Shown: positions 39,298 to 49,900 of the stretch, piece after piece
Layout: every line of letters starts with the position of its first letter
Position numbering within the stretch: position 1 is the stretch's first letter
Assembly (NCBI GenBank): GCA_043812195.1
Contig: JBDRML010000016.1
Coordinates: 75,780-139,779, forward strand
Source: Candidatus Woesearchaeota archaeon
GTDB taxonomy: Archaea; Nanobdellota; Nanobdellia; SCGC-AAA011-G17; PNOQ01
Length of the DNA: 64,000 bases
Direction of reading: 5' to 3'
The notes under the pieces: generated by a model
The model's database searches: none
What the model was told of the DNA's origin: nothing
The model's input: the letters and a program-made list of their open reading frames with translations, nothing else
Position numbers and translations under genes: made by a program

Positions 39298-40506
39298 TCA
39301 TTTTTTCTTCCTATTCTTAAATTTGAAGTATACAAACCAGCCTATATTAATTATCACTAATAATCCTATAGCAATTATAGTCCAATTAGCTCCGCCTCCA
39401 CCAGGACCTCCAGTAACAGCACCTGTTCCAAATGCATCAAAATATATAGAAGTTAAAGATATATGTGCTTTCATATCTTGCGATTTGCTTTGTTGATTAT
39501 AATAAAGAACAATAGTTGCATCATAAACTCCTTCATCAATTCCAGCTGTATCCCAATATGCAATCAATGTTTCTTTGGACAATGCAGATACGTCCTCGCT
39601 AGCGCTCTTAAATTTACCTATTTCTGTCCCGCTTTCTTTAATAATCAATTCTGTATAAACTTCTTTCATAATATCTGCCCAATTATTTTCAACCAAAATT
39701 TCAAATTTGGCTATTTGACCTAATTTAAAGTCTCTCACACTAATATCTTTTATCTCAATTTCAGCATTACCAACATTAAAAGTCTTATCAGCTTCTGTTA
39801 CATCTCCGTCATAACTAACACTTAATTTAGCATAATATTTTCCAGGATTAATACTTCCACTCCATACAGCATTAAACTCTGCTCTTTCTTTAGATTCAAT
39901 AGAACCAGATTCAGAAACAACACTAGCTATTTTCTCATTAGTAGGTCCATAAATATCTATAGTTCCTTTAGCCTCGACAATTTTTTGAGTACCCAAATTA
40001 TTTACAACAACTATAAAATTAACCTGATCAGTTCTTCCAGTTTCAGCTACTTTTAATTCAGCAATAGCGTATTTTCCAGGATAAGGAACATTAATTTTTA
40101 ATTGTGAAACAACAGCTATACTTGCACTAACAGATGTTCCATCTAAAGCTTGTTTTATAGGAATCTCTCTAGCTACAATCTCTATAGTATGTTCTCCAGG
40201 TTTTTCTATATTCTGAGGCAGTTTATATTTATATGAAACTTCTTTCTGATCTTCAGAAGAACTAAATATCAATTCAGTAGTACTTAAACTTACTAAATTA
40301 GCTAACTCACCTTCAGCATATAAAACAACTTTCATATCTTTTTGATCATTATTAACGATTTTAATTCCAACACTCTCTTCTAAACCTGGCTCAAAATAAA
40401 CAACCTTCCTAGCAGGAGCAATACCTAAAGCAAAAACATTTTGTATTAATAAAATTGCAAAGACTAACAAAACAATACACAATCCTATTTTTTTATCCAT
40501 TTTCAT
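39298..40506 (-). CDS. Secreted multi-beta-sandwich surface protein with C-terminal TM (paralog of 62413-63567)
   Basis: ALGIAPA, FEPG, LP..PG.H and VPYPG motifs have counterparts in 62413-63567. Confidence 0.75.
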   Translation of the reverse strand: MKMDKKIGLCIVLLVFAILLIQNVFALGIAPARKVVYFEPGLEESVGIKIVNNDQKDMKVVLYAEGELANLVSLSTTELIFSSSEDQKEVSYKYKLPQNIEKPGEHTIEIVAREIPIKQALDGTSVSASIAVVSQLKINVPYPGKYAIAELKVAETGRTDQVNFIVVVNNLGTQKIVEAKGTIDIYGPTNEKIASVVSESGSIESKERAEFNAVWSGSINPGKYYAKLSVSYDGDVTEADKTFNVGNAEIEIKDISVRDFKLGQIAKFEILVENNWADIMKEVYTELIIKESGTEIGKFKSASEDVSALSKETLIAYWDTAGIDEGVYDATIVLYYNQQSKSQDMKAHISLTSIYFDAFGTGAVTGGPGGGGANWTIIAIGLLVIINIGWFVYFKFKNRKKK

Positions 40507-40982
40507 TTTTGCCTTATAGTATAATTCTCTCCTTTCTCAATATTTATTTCATCATCAATATCTAAAACAGCACCACCTGTAATTCCACCAATTAGAATAG
40601 GAGTATTTCCTTTATTCCTCAATTTATTATCTACTTCTACTTTAATCATAGAATCAATAATAAAATAACCAGTAATACTTTCTTTATCATTTGAAATGAC
40701 TTTCCAGTAATATTCTCCAAATTCTAAATTGTCTTCAAACTCAAATTTATTATCCTCCAATAAAACATCAACTATTGGAGCATTAAACTCAGAATCTTCT
40801 CCAACTAACAATCTATAATCATTATCAAATCCGCTCCAGCTCAAAACCGGTTCTCTATCATAAATCACACCAACAGGAGATAATAATATAATATTATTTA
40901 ATAAAATCACAATTCCAATTATTACTATACTTACTACTAATGAAATCCATCCAATCATCCTTTTTTTATTTTTTATTTTCAT
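40503..40982 (-). CDS. Membrane-anchored FN3-like small protein
   Basis: N-terminal TM; PVLSW...YRLLV...GEYYWKV. Confidence 0.6.
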   Translation of the reverse strand: MKIKNKKRMIGWISLVVSIVIIGIVILLNNIILLSPVGVIYDREPVLSWSGFDNDYRLLVGEDSEFNAPIVDVLLEDNKFEFEDNLEFGEYYWKVISNDKESITGYFIIDSMIKVEVDNKLRNKGNTPILIGGITGGAVLDIDDEINIEKGENYTIRQK

Positions 40983-43900
40983 ACTTCAGACATTACTCCC
41001 TTAAACACTACTTCTGATGTCTTAAATCCTACAGGCTCATCAATCGGTGTAGTCAATAAAATATCAACTTCAGCAGTATCACTAGCAGCATTATATAATA
41101 AATCTCTTATAACAACAACTAAATCTGCAATAATCGATGTCCATGTAGTTATAGAACCAGTTGTATTAAACGAACCAGCTTCGCCAGTGCTGTCTGCCTT
41201 AAACTGATAATTATCCTCTCCCAATAAAGCCTGTTCAAATAATTGTGAAGCATTCACACTAACATTAGTTAAAACATTTCCATCATTCTCAACAACAAAT
41301 GGAGAAGGAGTATTATCAGTGCTATTATCAGTAGCACCTGGAGCCAAATTTCCAAAGTCAAGAGAATCTGTAACTAATGATATTGATAATAAACTTTCTA
41401 TTGTAAAATTCCAAGTAGCACTCCAAGTTCCATTTCCAGCACCAAATCCAGAATCTGCAGCTCTAACTTTCCAATAATAATTTGTATCAAGACTTAAAGT
41501 ACCATCAACAGGGGTATACGTTAAAGCTTCTATTTCTGATACATTTATTTCAGGAGCGCCAAATCCAGAATCATCATCCACCTGAATCTGAAAATTAAAG
41601 ATATCATTATCTGAATCGCTAGCATTATTCCAAATAAAAGTGGGTGACCTATCTCGAGTTACATTCTCATCTTCAGGAGAAGACAAAGTTACTTGGGTAG
41701 GCAAAGTATTCAATATTTGAACAGAAGTCGAATTATATCCATCCCCCACATTATCACCATCTGAAGGTATTATTTCGCATATCCATTCTTGCTGTTTATA
41801 AGTATCTGAAGTATTCGTTAAATTAACAGCAGATGTTGTTCCATTTTTAACTTCAAGCTGTCCAGTTTCATAAACATCTCCACTAGTATTATTAAACCAA
41901 TTATAATTTGCTAAAACAGTAGCATTATCTGGGTCTATTATTGTAAAAGTGCAATTAAGAGCATTATCAGTATATGCTGTAGAGGGATATATTATAGGTG
42001 TAGATGCATTTGGTGTTAAGTCTGCAACATATTCTAATTCAATAGTGTCTGTGAATACTGAATTATGTGAATAATCTGAATTTTTATTTTTATAATGTTC
42101 AATATAATAACCTTCAGCAGCAAATTCTATTTTTTTGTATTCTTTAGGAGCATTAAATTCTAAATAATATTCATCTCCTTGATTCATAATTAAATAATTA
42201 TTATCAGATTTGCTTAATAAAATCTTATTTATAAGATTATCATCAAAACCGTATTTGTCTTTTCCAATAGATTTTAATTCAATTACTTTTTCTCCGTTAA
42301 CCAATAAATAAATTTTATCTAGATAAGTTGTTTCATCTAATTCTTCAGTTATTTTTAGTTTGATTTTATTATTTTCAATCTCACTGTTACTTATATCTGT
42401 AAATGATTCATATTCTTTTTCAGGAGCTGTTGCTCCTGCAATAAAGTCTGAATTAAATTTATATTCTTCATTTTTATAAATATAAACAAATGGGGAAACA
42501 AGTCCGTGGCAATCATCCCAGTTAATACAAGCTGTGCAATCAATATTGCAACCTTCATTCCCTGCACAAGTAATACCATCTTCCACATAACTATCATACC
42601 AATAGCCACCTGTCCATTCGCATACCTCTTGTTGTCCTGAATCACAAACCTCATCGCCTTCTAAAATACCATTACCACAATTAGCACCAACATACTTCCT
42701 ACTACTAACCAAAACAGCAACTCTCTTATCACTTGAATTTATAAAATCATTAGCACCAGAACTAATAGTCTCAAGTACAGTCTGATCAGTAGCACCAGTA
42801 AAGTCAGTATAATTAACTTGATACCAAAAAGCTCCAGTCCAATTCCAAAAACTAATATTAGTCAAATAATTAGCCTCAGTCTCCCCATAACCTTCCCAAG
42901 TAACAGTTAAATTAGCAACATCAGTATAATTTATAGTATAAACAAATATCTGACTGTCAATTTCTCCATCTGTAGCAGCCAATGTAGTACTCCATCTAGT
43001 ATTATCACTAGAATTTACTGCATTGTAATCATCTTCTGTAGAAGTATTATCAAAATCACTCGGAACAGTAGGCACCCCCAAATTCTCATATGCTATAAAA
43101 CTATTATTGATAGTAAAAGACCAATTAGCACTCGCCCAATCACTAGTTCCCTCAGCATCATAAGCCAAACAATTCCAAATATATCCGCCATTTGTAACAT
43201 TAGTTAAATTAAATTTCACAATGCCACTAGTTCCACTAACATCTATTGTTAGATTACTAGTCCAATATCCACTTTGATTGGTGTACAAAGTAAGATTTTT
43301 TAAATTTACATCTTCGCTAGCATTACAAGTCAAACTAATATGAGGAGATATTGTATTATAAGTAGTGTCTGGAGATTCTAGTGTCACATTCGGTGCTAAA
43401 TTAGTATTATAAGTCAAAGGCATATAATCAATCTCCCCTTCTCCTAAATTATAACCAGCTTCACAAATTCCATCTCCACTACTATCTGTACAATTCTCAG
43501 AATATCCAGTTTCAGTAGGATTAGCCCAGTAATTTCCAGCTATAAAGCTCCCGCTAATTATATTAGTTCCACTTTCTTTTGTAGCATTCCAAAAATTATC
43601 AGCACCATTAACAGTAGGTGCATTATTACTATTATTAAAGAAATTATCATAAACAAAATTGTTATCATCTGTACTTACAGAAAAATAAATTCCATAATTA
43701 GAATTATTTGTAATATTCATTCTAGTAAAATTATTATTATTAAAACTACCATTTGAAACAATACCATCATAATTATCCCTTATAATTGAATCACTAAAAT
43801 TATTATAATCGTTTCCAGAAAAAGAATAAATCCCTCTATCATCAGTACCATCTTGATCTTCAATAGTTAAATTATAAAATGCATTGTAATCAGAACCAGA

Positions 43901-46900
43901 TAAATACAATCCATTTCTAACATTAGCATAGAACCTAGAATCTTTAACTATATTAAAGTCTGCATTACTAAAAACAATTCCATCACGAGAATTAGTATGC
44001 AATGTTAAATTAGTAAAGTTGTTATAAGTTATAACATTAGTAGAAAATCCTTCAAAACCATTAGCAGTTGCAGTCAAATTATCAAAATAATTATTATCAG
44101 AATTACTTATTAAAAACCCATGAACATCAGCATCATCACCAGATGTATTATATATAAAAGATTCATCAACATAAGCCCAATAAACACCATAATTAAAATC
44201 ACTTAAATGACAATTTCTTATAGTTATATTAGTTAATTCATTACCTGAAGTACGGGCAGAGTATATTGCATTCCCAGAAATTGTTCCATCTAAAGCATAA
44301 TTTCCACAATCTAATTCAACATCATCAGAATCAATAATTATACAATCAGAGTTATAATCACTAACACTAGCATTTATTCTATAACTGCCTGGACCAGTAA
44401 TATTATCTCCACATGTAACATTATTAGTAATAAAAGATACGCTGCTATTAACACCAGTTCCATAACTTATTCCATCATAAGGTATTATCCCACATGTCCA
44501 ATTTTCTCCATTCGAAGTATTTCCACTGCCCAAATAAATTATAGCTTCAGTATTATTAATCACTTCATCCTGTCCACTTAACTGAACAACTCCATCTTGA
44601 TACCAAGTATAATTAGCCAAAATAGTGACATTATCTTTATCAGTCAAAGTAAATGTACAATTCAAATTATTATAAAGTTTAGCTGTTGTAGGAATTAAAG
44701 TTGGACCTGATTTAATAGTTGATTTTGCATAAACATCTAATACAATATAATTACTATTCAAAGAGCCACTTAACCCAGCCCCTTCTTCAGCAGAAACCAA
44801 AACAACCACTTTGTTAGTACTAAATTGAACATAATTAGTAGGGGAAGTTGTAGATGCTGTTAGATTCATATCCTTAGCTTCATCAAAATCATAACCATCA
44901 AATGGTGACCACCCTTCAGCCACATAATTCAATAAAGAAATATTTGTATTTTGTATAGATACGCTAGCAGGTCCATAACCTACCCAACGGACAGTAAGGT
45001 TACCTATATCAGCAGCAGCAAAATCACTATAAAAAACAAATATCTGAGATTCAATTCCACTATCTGCGCTTAAATCAGTTTGCCATCTCACTAAATCACT
45101 AGAATTTAAAGCATTATAATCTTCTTCAAGAGCTTCAGAATCAAAATCACTATCATCAGTTGGAGTTCCTAATTTTTCATAAGCTCTAAAACGATTGCTT
45201 ATATTAACTGTCCAATTTGAATTACCCCAATCACTATTATCATTAGTATCATAAGCCAAACAATTCCATATATAACCGCCATTAGTCACATTAGTCAAAT
45301 TAAATTTAACACTTGAGTTTCCACTAATACCCACACTTTGATTCAACATCCAGCTACCCGTCTGATTAGTATAAAGAGATATATTATTCAAATTTCCATT
45401 ATCAGTAGCATTACAAGTTAAACTAACATATGGAGAAATTGTAACATAACCTGTATCTGGAGATTCTAACGTTACATTTGGTGAATCAAAATCTCCAATT
45501 GTAATTTCTCTAACCTCTGTAGAATTAGTTGCAGAAAAAGAATCAATTGCAAAAGTTTGGTATGTATAATTCCCTTTATCCAAAACACTAGTAGCATTTT
45601 TAGTCTGATTTATATTTAGGTTCCATTTACCAGAATCATATTTATTTAAATTAGATTTATACATAAATTGAATCTCATCTGGACTAAGACTTTTGTTCCA
45701 AATTCTGACTTCATCAATTAGACCATTCCAGCCCGTAACAAAAATATTATGTTGACTTATCTGTAAAATACCATTAGAATGTGTAATTCCATCCGTATAA
45801 ACACTAGAATCAACTAAAATCCCATCAATATATAACATTACTGTTGTTCCATTATAAACTCCTGTTAAATATATCCATTTATTATCATCTGCAATTGTAG
45901 TAGTTGCAATATTAGTATAATTAGTAACCCAAAATGCTATATCATTATTAGTCTCAATACTCCCCAACATATAACCATCTTCCCAATTACCATTACTCAT
46001 TTTTGATACAACACTCCCATAAATATGCCAATCATAACGATAAACCCATGCAGCTATTGTTATATTAGCAGGTTTTAAAGAACCAGAATCATTAACCTGA
46101 ATACCATCATCAGCGATACCAGTAGAAAATCTTCCAGCTCCACCATATTTTCCACTAGAATTCCATCTCATACTATATCCAGCTGTAGAAGATCCACTAT
46201 TATTATATCCACTTAAATCAACCAAGTAAGAATTCTCACCACCCTCACCAGAAATATCTTCACCAATCTCACTCACATTATCAAAATTATACATCAAAAC
46301 AAGATTATCATCATATATTGAATAATTAGTTCCATTCCAATTATATATAACTTGATTTATGTCATCACCGCTATCATTTATACTTACATTTATAATAAAA
46401 GAAGTATTCAATGTTGATGTAGCATTCGCAGGCGTAGGTTCTGAAAAAGATATGCTTGGAGCAGGATAAGTTCCAGAATTTAATTCTATATAGTCTGTGT
46501 ATAATGTATTATGTAAATGATTCTCATTAGAAGCAAAATTTATATTATCTGAATTAGAGTATTTATTATCTTGAGCATTTAAATTTCCATTAATTAATGT
46601 AGAACTAAAAATTAAAAGAATTATTAAAATTACCATAAAAATAAACTCCAAAATAAATATCCATTTTTCATTTTTCTTAATAACAAACAAATAAGCTAAA
46701 ACAGCAAAAGGAATTGAAACAAAAATTAGATATTTTATAGGATAAAAGATAGGAACTAAAATAAAAGAAGCAGCTAATAAAATGCCTATTATTCTTTTGC
46801 CATTATTTAACCCGAAAATGGTAGGAATTGTTTTTATTGAATTAAATTTATCTCCATAATAATCTTTAATATCTTTTAATGTTGAAGATATCGTAAATAT

Positions 46901-49900
46901 AAAAAAGATTAATAAAATAATTTCAGAGGGGATTATAGAAAAAGTATTTTCTCCTAAAATTAAGGAGGCCCCAAATAATACAGCCAATAAACTACATAAT
47001 CCAATAAGAACATTAGGTATTAAAAAGTATTTTCTAAATCTAAATGGTGGAGCAGAATATATAAAAGAATATGCAATCATAAAATAAATAATTAAATTAG
47101 TAGAATAATAATTCACAAAAGCAGCAAATAATACAGAAAGTATGAAAAATAATAAGATATAAATTTTATAAGTTTCCTTATTTATTATTCCACTAATAAG
47201 AGGTCTATTTTTATTAGAAATCTTATCTATTTTTACATCAAATAAGTCATTAAGACCCACTGCAAACAACCAAGCAAATATCATTGATAGCAACAAAAAG
47301 ATAATTTTTAGTATGTTAAGATCCATTATATTCCCATTTTTATAGAAAATTGCAAGAGAAATACCAAGAAGAGTTAATAAAGAGTAATGAATTGTCCTAA
47401 ATAGTCTTATATTTTTTAATAGGATTAAACAAATCTTTTTGTTTATTTTAAAAAATTTGAAATCAATAAATTTTTGTATCTTAATTCCGTGATTAATCAA
47501 CAAAAAGATAATTATAGTAATAACACTAATTACAAAAAGTATAATAAAAAAGTCTAGGGGATACTTTAATGTATAATCAATATTAAAAATAGATAACACA
47601 AAATCAAAAATAGCAGGTAATGCCATATAAAAAAATATGATGGTATAAACTCCTAAGATAGATATTAATGTTCTTATCCAACTTTTTGTTTTAGATAATA
47701 TGTAAACACCAACCATAAAACAAATTATTGCTATTTCAATCTTAATACCAATTGTAGCCCCAAAGTTAAATAAAGATGAATTATAAAATGAAAAATAATT
47801 TTTCAGTATATTATTAAATATATAGGTCATTATAAAATGTTTATTAAAATAAAGGATAGCATCCAATAAAGGTGCAATTAATGTAATAAGCCAACCAAAT
47901 GTTACAATCTTGGATACTTTTGAGATATTCTCTTTAGATACAAAAGCTAAAAATAATGTAATTGAAAAGAATAAAGCTATCCAAAAAAATGAAAATTCAA
48001 AATGATGTAACCAAGATAATAATAAAGAAGGAGTCTCTATAATATTTTCCAAAAAATCTCTAATTAAAGTTATTGATAAAAAAGAAACAATCCATAATAA
48101 AATAGGTGCTCTAATATTTTCTATCTTACTAAAAAAAGCGTTACAATTAGCAAGTTTATCATTAATATATTTATTTTTCAATCCAGTATAGATTAACAAT
48201 CCAAGAAGGGAAATTACAAACACAAAAATTAAAATATATCTAATTAATTCTTTATCATTTGCCTGTAAATTTTTTTCTTGTATTTTTCCTAAATCATTAA
48301 AAGTTTCATTGTTAAATTCATTTATTAAATTATTTTTTATATAATAACCCTCAGCAGCGAATTCTAAATTGGTGTAATCATAAGGTATCGTAAAATCTAT
48401 ATAATATTCATCACCTTTATTTACAATTAAATAATTATTATCTGATTTTTCCAATAATGATTGGATGTTATAGTTAGAGATATTTATTCCAGTTATTTTA
48501 TCATTATCAATTCTTAAATAAACATAATCCAGATAAGTCGTTTCATCCAACTCTTCTGTTATTTTTAATTTTACATTTCCATTATTATTTTTTAGATTAC
48601 TTATATCTGTAAATGATACATATTCTTTTTCTACAGAATTTGCTTTAGGAATAAAATCGGATATTTTGTAATATTCATTTCCATCATAACCATACAAAAA
48701 TGGTGAAGCTGGTAAAGAATAATTTACTTCCACAAAAACAAGAGTTATTCTTATATCAATAGATCTTCCTGCTGAAACTGATTTTGCTCTTGAGTGAACA
48801 GTAACAGAATTTATCATTGAATCGGTTGGAATATTAGAAGAAGGAATATCATATAACTCTGTAACTCCATATCCACCTTCAATATTTTCATGTATACCTA
48901 TCTGTAAAGAATCTATGTCTGATATTTCCCATGAATTACTATCAGAGGGCCTTGTTGTCCATGAACTACTAAAGTTTAAGTAGCTAGTTGGGGTAGACAT
49001 ACCAACACCACAAGTTACTATACTATTTTCTAAAACACATCGAGAATGTCCCATATAAACAAGTGGCTGAATACTTGTTTGAGCCACATATGTAGTGTCA
49101 TCATCTGCAACGCTCTCATTAACTTTATCATAATGAGATCCAGAATCTGGATATTGAGTAGTATAATTAGTACTAATTCCTGCAGCATTAGGTCTTAAAA
49201 TAGCTCTGCATGTTCCATCACCATTATCAAAATGTCCTTCTCCACAACTAACAGCACCTGCAGCATATTTTACACTACTAACCAAAACAGCAACTCTTTT
49301 ATCACTTGAATTTATAAAATTATTAATTCCAGATCCAATAAATCCATAAAGTGTCTGATCTGCAGCACTAGTAAAATCAGTAGCATTAACTTGATACCAT
49401 TGGCTTCCTGTCCAATTCCAAAAACTTATATTTGTATAATATCCTGCCTGTGTTTCTCCATAACCTTCCCAAGTAACTGTTAAATTATCAAAATAAATAT
49501 CAGTAGTATTAAAAACAAAAATTTGGCTATCATATTCTCCATCTGCAGTTGCCAAATCAGTTACCCAATGAGAATCATCACTTGCAGTAAGGTTTGTATA
49601 TCCACTTGAGCTTGCTTGACTAGTATAATTATCAAGTGAAATTGGAATTCCTATTGTCTCAAAAGCACTTAATTTACCACTACTGTAATTATATGCAGTA
49701 TTATTAGCATAAGCAATTTGCCCACCATAATTAAATTCCAAATAATGCCCACCACTAGTCAAAACCTTACTAAACTCATAACCAGTTTCATTGCAAGAAT
49801 AATCTGAAATAAAAACAGAATCATTAATCCAAGAATAATCTAATAAATTATCACCACATTTTACTTCTAAAAACTTAAGGTCATAATTTTCATTTTCATT

